Below, piece by piece: positions 38,573 through 52,766 of a stretch of DNA of 64,000 nucleotides. Numbering within the stretch: the first letter of the stretch is position 1; each line of letters begins with the position of its first letter. The notes under the pieces were generated by a model. That model was not told the DNA's origin. It searched no databases and saw nothing but the letters and a program-made list of their open reading frames with translations. Origin of the DNA: the human T2T-CHM13v2.0 reference genome, Homo sapiens; assembly GCF_009914755.1 (NCBI RefSeq), contig NC_060934.1; one strand, 5' to 3'. The translations under genes and the position numbers were made by a program.

Positions 38573-41042
38573 CCCCACCCTTACCCCACTACACTGCAAA
38601 AGAACCTCTTGTTCAACATCTACCAGTGCACCCTTGCTTTTGATAGGTGAAAAACACAAATAAACCAAAAGAAAGGCAGTTTTGAAAGGTTGACTCAGTT
38701 GACACCATCTTTCCTTGAAGACCAGGGAGAAGAAGAGGAGGGAGGAGGCTCCTCCAGAATGTTCTCTGATTTCCTTTTCCTTGGTGGCCCTCGGATGGCA
38801 CTCACCAGTGCTGGACAAGGAGGACTGTTGTCTTGGTGTGTGGGTCTGCTGTCCGGTGGTCTCTTGACCTCTTGAGGGATGGCGCCATGTGTCATCCTCT
38901 GTCCCTGCAGCCCCCACAGCAGGCCTCGGCCTCATGACTACGGAGTCAGAGTGAGGATGCACCAGGCTAAGGAAAGCACCATGAAGTAATGGGGAAGCTC
39001 CTGCAGAGCCACAATGGCAGCCATCTGCCTGGCCACATAAAGGAGGGTCAAGGCCCCTTCTGCTGTCCCCAGGTGGTGTTGAGGGGATGGGATAGTTCTG
39101 TTCTCCCACAGGGATAGACTGGGTGGCCCTCCACACTGCTGCTGACTGTGTTTCATGAAGGTTCATCCTGCATCAGAGGGTGTTATTCTCAGTCCCTGTG
39201 GGAGGAGGGTGCTCTTTTCAGCTGGTAGGATGCGAGTTTTCTGTGACAAATGTGTTACACAATCTCACCCATCCCAGTGAGACAGCTCCTGCAATGAGGT
39301 TAGAAATTTTCTGTTTTTCCCTCCATCACTCTTGCTCATTTTTGTGTGTTCTTGTGCCACTTTTGACAATTTGTGTTTTTCAACCTTAGGCATCAAATTT
39401 ATAGACATAACATTGTTTTTATCATTCCCTTATTATCACGTTAATATCCATAGAGCCCGTAGTAGTGTCTCCTCTTTTATTCCTGGTATTCGTAACCTGT
39501 GTCCTCTCTTTTTGTTGTGCAGGTTTCTCAATTTTATAGGTCTTTTTCAAAGAAACCAACTTCCCTTGACTTTTTCTGTTTTGATTCCATTGATTCTTTT
39601 CATTATTTATTTCCTTCTACCTATCTTTGAGTTTAATTGTTCTTTTTTTTACCTACTTGAAGTAGAAATTTACATTATTAAATTTAAAATTTTTATTCTT
39701 TACTGACACTAACCTTTAAAGCTTTGGATTTTAGTCTAAGCACTTCCTTAGCTGTTTCCTCACATTCTGATATGTTGCCTTTTAATTTTCATTTGGTTCA
39801 ACGTATTATCTCAATTCTTTTTCTAATTTCTTCTTTTGCCTGTGGATTATTTAAAGCTCATGTGTTTAATCTATGGATATTTGGATTTCTAAAGATGTTT
39901 TATTGTTGTAGTTATCTAACCTAATTCTGTTGTAATCAGAGAATATTTTCTACAGTATTTTAATCTTTTAAAATTGAAAGATTGAAATATTGTAGAAAAT
40001 ATTCTCTGATTACAACAGAATTTATGGCTTAGCATATAGTTTATTTTGGTGACTATTCCTCCTACACTTGAAAAAAAAACGTATTCTGTAGTGATTAGAG
40101 GTAGTGCTCTACAATTTTCTGTTAAGTTAAGATGGTTGATAATGTCAATATCAAATCTTCTGTATCCTTACTCATTTTTAAGTTGGTCTATCAATTATTG
40201 AAGAAATTGTGTTAAATCCTCTAACTTTCACTGTAAATTTATTTCTCCCTATATTTCTCTCAGTTTTTGGCAAATGGATTTTGACACATTGTTGTTATGA
40301 TTGTTACACCTTCCTGATGCATTGGCTTTGTTGTCATTGTAAAATATCTCTTTTTTATTAACAATCCTCCATGTCTTGAAGTCTCTTTTGTCTCATGTTA
40401 ACATAGTCATTGTAGCATGTTTATGCTTACTCATTACATGGTGTATCTTTTTCCATTCTTTTACTTTCTTTGTATCTTTGCATTTAAATGACAACTTTTG
40501 TAAATATCAGTTTGTTTGTTTTTTTCTCTTAAGACTGGTAAAACCTGCCTTTTAATAAAAGTGTTTAATCCATTTACATTTAATGTAGTCATTGATATAG
40601 TTCTATTTTGGTCTGCCATTTTGTCACTTATTTTCTATTTGTTTTATTTATTTGCCTCTTGTTTTAGTCATACTTTTTATTAATCAGGAAGTTTAGACTT
40701 TTTCATTTAAATTCTATTGTCTTCCTAGCTACGTTAACTCTGAATTAATTGTAGGTGGCAAGCTCTTGGGATTATAGTATTCATCTTTAATTTATCTCAG
40801 TCTACTCAGTGTTAATATGGAATTACTCGAGGTAAAGTAGAGGAAACTTGCAAAACAGATTTGCATTTCTCTTATCCTTATTATTGTTGTTACCATGTAT
40901 GTTACATTTATATACATTATAAATCAATCCCGTGTTATGATTTTCAGTTAAACAATCATATATGTTTCAAAGAAAAGAAGAAAGGAAAAAATGTGTAACC
41001 ACTTTTATTTAGCCATATAGTTCATATTTCTGTTGCTCTATA

Positions 41043-41367
41043 CAGACATCCATTAGTAGCCATGGACAGTTGGTTCCAGGACCTCCCTTGGAACCAAAAT
41101 CTTTGGTAAAGGCCATAATATAAAATGGCACAGTACTTACATGTAACCTACGCACATCCTCCCATATACTTTAAATCATCTCTAGGTTACTTAAACCTAA
41201 TACCATGCAAATGCTATGTAAATAGCTGTTATACTGTATTGTTTAGAAAATAATAACAAAAAAGTCCACACATATTCACTAGAGAGGCAGGTTTTCTTTT
41301 CATTATTTTTCTATCTACAGTTGGTCAAATCCACATATGTGGAACTCATAGATGTGGAGGCCCATGG
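41043..41367. mobile_element. MER2 (TcMar-Tigger) DNA transposon
   Basis: TA|CAG start; TTGGTTCCAGGACC...AACCTACGCACATCCTCCCATATACTTTAAATCATCTCTAG...AATGCTATGTAAATAGCTGTTATACTGTATTG. Confidence 0.85.
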
Positions 41368-41697
41368 CGCCTCTTCCCGTGCACCTAAGGTTCTCACAGG
41401 TGTTCTCTCTCTCCAGCCTGAAGAAAGCCCCTTAACATTTCTTGTTGTGTATGTCTACTGGTGACTGATTGTCTCAGCTTTTGTTTATCTGAAGGTGTCT
41501 TCATTTCATCTACACTAAAGATGGAGAGTTTTGCTAAATGTAGAGGTTTTGTTAAACATTTGCTTTTCTATCAGAGTGTAAAAAAATTCCTAAGGCTACC
41601 ACAGTTTCTAGTGAAGCTGACTGTTAATTATATTATTGTTTTTCTGTATGTAACAAATTATTTTTTCTGGCTTTAGGAAAAAAAAATTTCTGTTTAG

Positions 41698-42030
<333 letters not shown>

Positions 42031-44698
42031 TAGCAGTGGTTTCTTTGTGTTTCGCTTACTGGGAGTTCACCGCCGTTTTTGGATCTGTAAGTTAACATTT
42101 CCCACCAACTTTGGAAAGTTTTTGTATCATATTTCTTCACAGGATTTTTTTTTTTGTCCCGTTTTATCTCCTTTTCCAGTGGGACTCTAACAATATATAT
42201 TATGGACTGCTCGATATTGTCTCTGAGGCTCTCAATCTTGTTTCTTGCTGTTCTTCAGACTCATTAATTTCTTTTTATCTGCATACAAGTTAACCGGCCC
42301 TTTCTTCTGTGTCATCATCAATCTTTAGTTATTATATTTTTCCACTCTAGAATTTTTCATTTTTATATTTTTCATTTCTCAGTTGAGATTTTTTTTTTAT
42401 TATTTAATTCTAAGAGTTGCTTTGAAATATTTGTTTGCTAAAACCAACATCTAAGTCACCAATACTGCCTATTGACTGCCTCCTTTTCCTGGGTATAGAT
42501 TGAACTCTTCTGCTTATGTGCATGTCTACTAACCTAGGTTTAAAAATTAAACACTGTAGATGGTATGGTGTAGTGATTCTGGAATCTGTTGTGTTCTGAG
42601 TGTTTATTTATTTTTATTCTACCTTGTAGTTAATCTGCCTGGCCTCAAATTACAAACTTTGCTTTTATTGCATTATGCAGCTGCTGAAATCTGTACTCTG
42701 GTTTCAAGTATTTCAGCTGCAGTTATGCAGCTTTTGTAAATTGCATTTGTCAATATTTATATTTTATTATTACTTTTAAAGCCAATTTGTCATAGCTCTT
42801 TATGTATTTGGTATTTAACCATTGCTTGAATAATTTAGCAATCCTTCAAAGATTTGGGCTAAGATTATACTCAAATTTGGGGGCTCGGCTTTTCTGGGGT
42901 TTTCTTATTTCTGGAGATTCCTTCTGAATTTCCAGCAGCTCTGCCCTCTAAATCTCTGTCCTGTGACATGCCAAGCCCAGGAGGCGCTAGCTTTCTGCCA
43001 CCTGAGCTGCAGGATCGGGAATGTTCTCACTTAAAGCAGTAAACTCACACATCTCACCTGTGCAGCTCCAATTTCCAAGACGAGCTCCCTCCCTGATCTT
43101 GTGGCTTTTCCATTGAGTCCCTGTAGTGTTCCCCACATAGGCACAGCTTAGCTGCCAGCCCCTGATCTGGGAGAGGTTCATATTTAAATTTTTTCTTACT
43201 CCTGCAGAGCACTCACTCCCAGTCTCCCCTTGAGACTGCCAGCACTTTCCTGTTTTGACTTCTGATTTTGTGCGGTCAGAGGGTGGGCTGCCTGTCATTT
43301 CTGCAGCCACAGCCTGGGTGCTGGGCAGCTCCCTCTGTCCTCAAATGCCACCAATTCACAATTCTTACTCCTGTCAGTTGCATTTTTTTAAAATAGTATG
43401 AACTATCCCCTGGTTTTTGCCCACTGTTTCCTGCTTTCCAGGTATCTGCCACCAGCTGTTTTAAATATTTTTATCTAGGTTTTATAATTTTATTTCTGAC
43501 TTTGCATGATCACTTCAGTTTGCTGCAATTTTTGCCTCTCTCTTTGATTAAAGAAATCTCCCTTCAAGGTAAATCTACCCTTTTTTTCTTTTCTGTTTCA
43601 TGATTTAGTGCATTGGCCATACGTCTGAAGCAATTTAAGTAGTTATGGTGAGAGTTAATGGATTGGCTTTTCCTTATTTTACTAGAGGCTTTTAGTATTT
43701 AATTATAAATTATGATTCTACACGTAGTAGAACTATTTTAATATGCCAAGCTTTCAAAAGTTGTTTTTTTTTTTCTTTCTGTAAATCAGGAATGGGTGTC
43801 TAATTGTATCAAATGCATTATAAACGTTGAATTTTATTTTTACATGAGTGTTATTTGGATTCTATTACTGTTTTTATTAGCATATTAAGAATGTGAAACA
43901 ATCTGTTTTTCAGCTTGACTGTTATGTTGTTACGGTTTACATTTCTTTCATTCCTCTTGAGACTGAATGTTTTCATATGTTTATGAGCTAGTTTTCTCTT
44001 GTGAATCGACTTTGCATGTATTTCTATTCCACAGTAAGCTTTTAAAATGGATTTCTTATAAGTTTTTATGTATTAGGAATATTAAACCTTGGTCAGGTGT
44101 GCCTTCAATATTTCCCCAGAGTTTGTTCACTCAAATTTTGTTTATGGTACTCTCCGATACAGAGTTTTGTGTTTTATACAGGCGAGTGTAGCTGTTGTTT
44201 CTTTTACCTGCCATTATGTTTAGACTCTCCTTTCCTCTACATGTTAAATTCATCTGCATTTTCTTTTAATACAGTTATGGCTTACTTCACATTTAAGTTT
44301 TTGACCCACCAAAGATGCGTTTTAATATAGGTCATACAAGAGGGATCTAGACATTACTTCCCTATGGTTTCCTGTTTTCTCAACACCCACTTATCGAATA
44401 AGTCATCTTCCCCCCACTTATTTGAAATCCCACTGCCATAGTTTAAGTAGTTGTATGTACTTGGATTTGTTCTTAATTTAATTTATTTTTCATTCCAATA
44501 CCCTGAACCCCTTCCCCCATACCTCGTGTGTTGTATTTGTGTGAGACACTTATGTGGTATTCTCATGATGCATTTTTTGATATTTTATAGGGCAAGCGCC
44601 TTTATTACTCTTCTTTTTGTCTTCTTCTCTAATATTCCGATACATTTTCTTTTTCAAAGTGATTTAAAAAATTTTGTCAAGTCAAACTATGTTTGATT

Positions 44699-44775
44699 TC
44701 TATTGAAATTGCATTAAATTTATAGTGTTAAATCTGTTGCAATTAACTCTGTAGATTTAATGCAATTTCAATAGA
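44699..44775. repeat. Inverted repeat: 33-bp arms, 11-nt loop
   Basis: TCTATTGAAATTGCATTAAATTTATAGTGTTAA (44699-44731) versus TTAACTCTGTAGATTTAATGCAATTTCAATAGA (44743-44775): 30/33 complementary. Confidence 0.93.
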
Positions 44776-44881
44776 CATTAAATCATATTGTCTATAAAAA
44801 TCACAACAGAAATTCTTTATATTTTAAAATTTGCACTGATTTCAGAGATAGCAGTGATGATGAACAACTTTGCTTTAGTTG

Positions 44882-45837
44882 TGTGATACTGTCACTTATA
44901 AGAGGAATCTACATTTGGTTTTTGTCACTGATTCCAGCCATGGAGCTTGTGAAACCCTTGTAATTTCCTGAGCAATAGGGGTTCTAGGAGCATCTTTTGC
45001 CCTCATATTCTATCTTTGATCCTGGTTTCAGCTGCAGAGCTCCTAAATTCTCGGAAGTGCCTTGGTTTCAGCTGCAGAGCTCCTAAATTCTCGGAATTGC
45101 CTTGGTGATAGGAGCATCTTTTGCTCTAATGAGGTGGCCCTTGGTGGGCTCCTGGATAGGCACTGGTCAGCAGAAAGACCGAGCCAGGATTAGGAGCTTG
45201 GAGCTCCAGGGGGAAGTCCGGAGGGTCTGGAAGTCGAGTTCATAGCTGATCATGCCTACATGACAAAGCCTCCATAAAAAACCTAGAGAGTTCTGAGTTG
45301 CTGAATGTAGAGGTGTAGGGTGGTGGTGCGTGGAAGAGGTGATGCATGGAAGAGCGTGGTGGTCTCTAGAGGTGGAGGGTCGTGGTGCACGGAAGAAGTC
45401 CTGGGAGCTCTGTGCCCCCACCACACTCCCATACCTTGCCCTGTGCATCTCTTCCATCTGAATGTTCATCTGTATCCTTTGTAAATTCCTTTATAATAAG
45501 CCATCAGTAGACTTTCTAGCAAATAATCAGGGCCAAGGGAGGTGGTAGTGAGAATCCTCAATTTATAGCTGAACAGTCAGAAGTACTGGAGGCCTGGACT
45601 TGTGATTGGCATCTGGGGTGGGGCAGTCTTGTGGGACTGAGCCCCTGGCCTGTTGGGCCTGTGCTAACTCGGATCAGTGTCAGAAATGAATTAAATCTTA
45701 GGATGCTCAACTGGTATCCACTGGTGAATTGCTTGGTGTATGGGGAAAAAACCCACACATCTGGCCAGAGAAGCATTTTGTATTGAGTGTTGAGAGTATA
45801 GCAGGAGAAAACAGTTTGTATTTTTCTACTATATACA
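44882..45837 (+). mobile_element. MER21 (B/C-like) solo LTR
   Basis: TGTGATACTGT...AAACCCTTGTAATTTCCTGAG...GGTCAGCAGAAAGACC...TTGTGATTGGCATCTG...GTCTTGTGGGACTGAGCCC...TATACA. Confidence 0.85.
45023..45106. repeat. 40-bp tandem duplication inside MER21
   Basis: TGGTTTCAGCTGCAGAGCTCCTAAATTCTCGGAAKTGCCT twice (39/40 identical). Confidence 0.95.
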
Positions 45838-46904
45838 AATAGCAAGGGCTAATAGTTTGAAATAAATCTTTTTTATTTTATTTTAAAATATTCTGAGCAA
45901 TATTCTTCTATCCTCATTTTATAAGTAATCTATAAAAATCAGAAATGAATATTCAACTTGGCCAAATGGCTTCCAGGCAGTTATTATGATAATGATATAG
46001 TTTGTTTTTCTTGGACTTACTTACTATGATGAATTATATTAATACATTTATTCATGTTTCTAGAAAAAATATTTTGGTCATTTCTGTTATTTTGATATAT
46101 TAAGAGATTAGAAAAATTATATTTGCTAGTACTTGTTTAGAATTTAAAAATATTTATTTATACCTAAGATTATTATATAGTTTTATTTTTGTGCTTCTAA
46201 AATTTTTTTTGGTGTCAGGGTTACGTGCAATGAACTGGGAAGCTTTCCAAATTTCTATGTGCTGAAATAATTTAAATAGCATTAGAATGATCTGTTTTTG
46301 GTTTTGAAATAACCTGCTCATAAAAATGCCTGCACCTGGCATATTTTATGAGGTTAGCTCTTGGGCAACTTTAAACATTTCATCTTTTAAATTAATTTTT
46401 AACTGTAAGCCATATATGAATATGCTTTTGTTACGTGAAATTTTAAATATACAGATAAAGCAAAAATCTCTCTGGATTATTCCATTCTCCCTTTCCTGTT
46501 CCATCAGCAGAAGTGAACACAGCCACCAGCTATGGATTCTTACAAATTTTTTTCTATTTATTTCAAAGCACGTATAAGACATATAGAAATATAAAATTTT
46601 CCTCTTTGCATTTTTAATAAAATTGAATAATTCTGAATGTATATTATTCAACTTGCCCTTTTCTTTTAATAATAAATCTTTGAAACCTTTCCATGTGAAT
46701 ATATATGGCTCTATCTCATTCTATATTTCATTATTGCATAATATATTATATGACGGAAGTAACCTTAGTCTAACCTTTGGGGCTATTTCTTTCATGGCTA
46801 CTGGTTCATTTATATTTTCTAGCATTGTCTTAAATAAGTTTGGAAATGTTTGCTTTCCTAAAAATATCTTTAAGTTTTTGCAGATTTCCTTTCTTTTTCC
46901 TGTC

Positions 46905-47045
46905 TCCCTCTCTTCACTCATTCATTCATTCAACAAACATTCATTGACCACTTGCTCAGGGCCAGGCACTCTGCAGAGACTTCCGTGTTGTTTCTGAACA
47001 AAACAGCCCCAGATCCCTGGCCTCGTGCTGCTAACATTTAGGCAG
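46905..47045 (-). mobile_element. L2 3' end
   Basis: TCATTCATTCATTCAACAAACATTCATTGACCACT...GCCAGGCACTCTG...GAACAAAACAG. Confidence 0.85.
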
Positions 47046-47493
47046 ATTTTAAACTTACAGGTTTGGAGTATTTACTAAAATCATGAACACGAAGAGAGTT
47101 AGTCCTAGTTCTGAAGGTATTTTCTCATGACAGTTTGTAAAAGTTGCTCCCTGCCTGTGATTTCACCCGTTTTCATACCCGGGTTTTACATTTTCCTTTT
47201 CTCTTTTCCTCTGCTTGACTATAACTCCCATGTTTTTCTAGTTCTTATCATCAGTTTTTGCCATAATTAAAAGCCCACAAACAAAATTCATGAGCTCTAC
47301 TACTTTAAATGGATTTCTTCCTCTTTTTAACTGTATTGATTTCTCTTTTCTCTTTATTTCATGATTCTTTTCTTAGGTTCTTAAATTAGAGGCTCATTTT
47401 ATTTACTTCTTTATTGTTTAAAAATAATTTTTTTAGACACTACCTGTTTTTGTGGAAAACCATGGCAGCATTTATCATACGTTTATTTTTTGA

Positions 47494-47888
<395 letters not shown>

Positions 47889-47970
47889 TAATGCTCAGTA
47901 ATACTCCATGATTTAGCAGAAACCACGTGTGTTTTCTCCATGTCCTCTGTGAAGGAGGCAGGAGCCTTAC

Positions 47971-48100
47971 ACAGGCAGCAGTGGCATCAGGACTGGGCAC
48001 TGGCCTTTGCGTCCTGTAACGCTGGGTGAACCAGGGTGGCCTGTGGACCTCAGTAAGGGAGGTGCCCACAGAGATTCGGAGAAGACGTCGTCAACACCCT
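47971..48100 (-). other. Candidate internal exon (130 bp)
   Basis: Acceptor TTTTGGATGTTTCTTCTTCAG| and donor TGT|GTAAGG bracket a GC/CpG-richer unique segment; one frame is open (GVDDVFSESLWAPP...) but is not a protein I recognise. Confidence 0.3.
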
Positions 48101-48294
48101 CTGAAGAAGAAACATCCAAAACCAACCTGATTCTTACCCTTTCCTGGTTAAACTGCTTTACATGTTGAGCGCATTTATAATAGCTTCTCATAAGTCTTCA
48201 ACTTTACACATTTTGCCATGTTGTGTTCAGATGTACTTTTTATACGTTTTCCATTGTAATTGTTGGCAGGATTTTCTTTTTTGAGGTTAAAAAA

Positions 48295-48516
48295 GGCTAT
48301 TGTTTATCACGTGCTGAATATGTGCTTGGCAATTGCTGTGGACTCCATTACCCCCTTCAATCCTCAGAACAACTCAACAAGCAACCTCATATTTTAATTG
48401 TGAACACAGAGACTCTGAAGGTGGTGAACTCGCCGGAACTCACGAAGTCAGTAAGCGGCAGAGCCTGTGTTTGAACCCCAGGGACTGCATTTCCACAGCC
48501 TGCGCTTTTCACCACT
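48295..48516 (-). mobile_element. MIR SINE
   Basis: AATCCTCAGAACAAC...ACAGAGACTCTGAAGGTGGTGAACT...AGTAAGCGGCAGAGCC...TTTGAACCCCAGG. Confidence 0.8.
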
Positions 48517-50204
48517 TAGTGTTAAGAGCACATATCATGTGATTTTGTTTTATATTTTGCTTCTATTTTTCTCCTGATGCTTTTCCTCTGGAGTCTGGGG
48601 AGGCTTCCTCCAGCTGGTCCTGCAGTTCACTGATGACACTTTTGCCAGGGTTCAATTCTGCTCTCTCCCTCCATTGTCCTTTGTAATTCAGAAATCGTGT
48701 TTTTCAACTGAGAGCAGTAGTCCTCATTGCAGAGTGCTCTGCCATTTGAAACCTTACAAAAAAATTCAAAACTGCAATGTAAACTTTCCTTTGGATACTA
48801 CGGTAAGCCTGGTTCTTAGGAGGACGTTTCTGATTACACAGATTATTACTTTTCTTTTGGTGACTAAATCACTATGCATCTGGGGAGGTGTTTCTTTGTT
48901 GATTCCTGTCTGTGGAGAGCTGCATTCCTTGCTTACCCGCCACTGGATCTGAGATGGGTTCTTGCACAGATTTTGTTCCAGATCTTTCAGGATAAGGGAA
49001 TGGTCGGTTTGCGCTCTCATTTTATTTTGCCATGTTGAGGGCAGAGCAGGGCTACCATTCCCATTGGCGGCAGTGGGCTGGCAGGAGGCTTCCCGCTGTG
49101 CCTGTGGTTTCTGGTTTGCTGCTTTTTCATGTCAATTCTGGTGCCCTGGATTATCTCTGCCAGCAGCTCTCTCAGTAACAGGGATGGCCATTCTCAGCTC
49201 ATGCCTCAGGCACTGTGACCCCATCCTCATGTCTGTCACTTGCCCACTGAGACACAGTCCACATGAGATTGGATTATTTTCCAAAGTACTCTGTGCCACT
49301 CTTCAGAAAAATATGATACATGTGTCTGTAACCACCTGGTTTGCATATAAGATATTACAGATCCCTATAAGGAACTTGGGAAGCAATTAGGGAACTGTGA
49401 ATGGCCCATTGCAAATCTTCCAGCACTTGGAGGTTGCTGGAAGGTTCTAGACATCATTCAGTCTGACCTACCCTAAAACGAAATTGGAAATCTCTCTGCC
49501 ATGTTGGATATAGGCTGAGACTGAGCGTGAGCTGCCTGTCAAGGGTCCTGTGGAGGTTCAGCTACTTTCTGCTATTAAGCTTCTCCTAGTTGAGATGATG
49601 AAACTCTTATCTCCCTGGTGACTCGGCCTCTCAGTCTTGGAATTTCTGCTTTCAGGAGCCATTTAGAACAAGCCCAGCCTCGCCTCTGACAATCATCTCA
49701 GCAGTTATGTCCCAGGAGACGATGCCAGTTAGACACCTCTTCAACCATTTCCTGCTCCTCTTGTTTTCTGACCCCTCGATTCCTGATCACTCTTCTCAGG
49801 AGGTAGTCCAGGTGCCTAGACGCTGGTGCCCAAATCTGAATCCAACCCAGTGCAAGCCACTCCTCCAATCTCTGGCTCATTCGATGCTTAGAGTGTCACA
49901 GAGGACTGTGGAGTGGAGCAAGTGGGGCCCTGACTCCTTTACACCTGTCATCCCTGGTGCTCTTGTGTCTATCTGGCTGGTCTGCAGGCCCATGAACTTC
50001 TCTGTGATGCCATCACACTGTTGACCCAACTTGACCTATTGACCACTTAAACCTCTGCTAAGCTGCACGTGTTCATCAAGCTGCTGTGCCTTTGGTCTTC
50101 TGAACTTAAGTGTGGGATGACATTTACTTCCTCTTCACCCACCCTGAGCAGAGGTGGCCCATCCCTCCATAAGACCAGCACGTTCACTCCACCGTGCAGC
50201 GCAT

Positions 50205-50370
50205 GGACCAGTTATCTATGTCATCTCATTTCGTCTTCACAAAACTGAGGCTAACTAGGTGAGACGCTATGCTCCCCTTTGCAGAGATAAGACAACTAAA
50301 GGTTTAGAAGAGTTTAAAACATCTCTGGGCATCCAGCAGCTGGAGATCAAAGCTGGCTTCATGCTCAGTG
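50205..50370 (-). mobile_element. MIR SINE
   Basis: ATCTCATTTCGTCTTCACAA...TTTGCAGAGATAAGACAACTAAAGGTTTAGAAGAGTTTAA. Confidence 0.7.
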
Positions 50371-52404
50371 GCTCTTCTTGGCGCCATGTGGGTCATCTTC
50401 ACATCCCACGCTTGGCTTCCGCACATGGTGCTCCCGCCCCTCTCTCTCTCTGAATCTTTCGCTGACTACACGGACAGTGCAGGAGCGAATATTTTGGGAG
50501 GTGGATGGGGAATTTGCATTTCAAACCATCTCCTTTCCTAACTGCATTTGTTCTCCCCAAGCCCTGTTTGCCATTGCCACCAGCTATCACACGCAAAGCA
50601 AACTAGAAAGCACTTAACCTCCAGGAGTTACCACCCAGGCTACAGAATTTAAAATCAAACTTTGATTACTGAGAAAAAGATGTGCTTATATTCACCTCCT
50701 GTCCTCGATGAGCTCCAGGAAGAAAGGAAGGGCTCCATCTTCAAAGCGGTCTTAGCTCCAGAGCTCTGCCAAGTTCCCAACCCTGCTCCTTGGCTGCCTG
50801 CCTCTCTTTGGCACAAACTCACCTGTGGAAGGTGCCTCTTTGAGTGTGACTATGACCAGCTGGGTTACCTGGAAGGTGGTAAGTATCTCCAGGGTCTACC
50901 CATGACCCCTGGGGCTGCAGGAGACCCAGCTGCTGGTGGACATCTGTGTGCGTGTCTGTAGCGGAAGCTGGAAGCAAACGTGCCCTGTGGGGCTGAAGCC
51001 GCAAGCTCCCTGTCATCTCCGGCCCTAGTCAGAGGTAACTGGAACATTCTGGGAGTTGTGGTAATGGTATGTTTGGGGCAATCAGAGGTGCTGGTCAGAA
51101 GGAAAGTGAAGGAAGACACTCTGTTCCTCAATCACATTGACCCTCTCTGGGTGTATGTGACATTACCAACACTGGCCTCTTTCTGTGTCTCTTGGGGGGT
51201 ACTTCTGAGTTTCTCTGAGAGCGTCTCCTCCTCCTCCTGGGCCTTGAGTGTAGGGATTCCCATGGGCTCTGTGGGTAGCCTCCTCCTCTTTTCACTGTGG
51301 GTGTTCATCCACTCTCATGGCCACTGGGGACTTCTGCCACAGAGGAAGCAGGGTCTACATCTCCAGGCCTGTCCCTGCTGTTTCCCCTGCATAGGCATTT
51401 CCCCAGCTGTCCACAGGACCACCCACTTGGCTGTGCCAAGGCCCCTCCCACTCACCGTTCCCAGCCTGAACCAGCTTTCTCTCTCCTTGCTGACCTGAGC
51501 ATTCTCTCTGACTTGCATCTCAAGGCCAGGCTCCTCCCTCTGCCCAGTGCATGCACCAGAAGCCCCAGCATCCCCCTGTTGACTCCCCAGAGCCCTCTCG
51601 GTCAGGCTCCACTGCCTTAGCTGGCGTCTGAAAGGTTGGGACCTGGCCAGCTGCTCAGTCTGACCCTTGCACTTCACCCCCTGACTCTCCACTCTGGCTA
51701 AGAGACCCTTCTGAAGGTCTCAAGGAGGCCACTCTCTTTTTTTGCCTCTAGTATTTAGCATAGACTTTTTCCATCTGAAACAATTCATTGAAAGAGAATT
51801 AGAGAATTTTAAGAGTATTAAAAAATCTAGAAAATGAAATTAAATCTTTAACGGTGCCTAAAGCGTTTCAGACCACCATATAGCAAAGCAGTATTTTCAA
51901 ATATCACTTCTCCCAGGAGGGTCTCCCGAGCTCCCCAGGAAGGCACAAGTGGACACCCTGGCTGTTCCCGTGCAGCCTGTGCTTGACTCTTGCAGAGCCC
52001 CATGCAGCATGGTCCCTGCCTGCTCCTGCGTACCTCCAACAGTGACAAAGGCCAGGCATGGGCTTAGTCAACGATTGTGGAAGCACTAACACTCCACTGG
52101 ACATGGACTGATTGAGTTCTCATGACTTGAAGCCAAGTTATAATGTCACACGGTCGCTGTTCAGGTGCAAGGACAAGGACACCGACAAGAACTCTATTAA
52201 ATATTTAAGGAAGAAAAAATAACAATCTTACACACACTGTCAGAACATTGTAAATGAGGGAACAATTCCAAAGCCATTTTAAGAGTCTCGCATAGTCTAA
52301 AGTCAAAACCATGCAAAATCATTAAAATAAGAGAAAATGACCAACATCCTTCTCAATCTAGACAAAAGATTCTTAGCAATGGATTAGCAAACAAAATGCA
52401 GCAT

Positions 52405-52520
52405 CATACGCATATATGTACATATACACACAAATACATCATACATATACACACACTACATACACACATTATACATGCTACATGCATACACCATACATAT
52501 ATACCTACATACACACATCT
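52405..52520. repeat. Degenerate (CA/TA)n low-complexity tract
   Basis: Directly visible. Confidence 0.85.
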
Positions 52521-52766
52521 TGGAGAGGTGAAGTGGATCCCAGAAATGCAAAGTTGGTGATCATTTGCAAACTAATCAATGTCATTCACCACTTGAAAAG
52601 AGGAGAAAATTCATGCAAGATCTCAATAGGTGCAAAGAATGCATTTGACAACATTCAACACTCATTAATGATGAAAATTCTCAGCACATTTAGAACAGAA
52701 AAACACTTCCTTAACTTGATAAAAGGCATCTACATAAAGAACTTTTAACATCCATTGCACTTAGGC

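Noticed and set aside
38549-39166. 205-aa minus-strand ORF and nested 66-aa ORF with a PRKRK NLS-like motif
   Set aside because: No recognisable homology, and the region is GC-richer so long chance ORFs are expected; only a splice-donor signal at 38806 was noted.
50980-51498. 172-aa ORF with hydrophobic stretches
   Set aside because: Non-ATG start, pyrimidine-rich L2-like context, no family match recognised.
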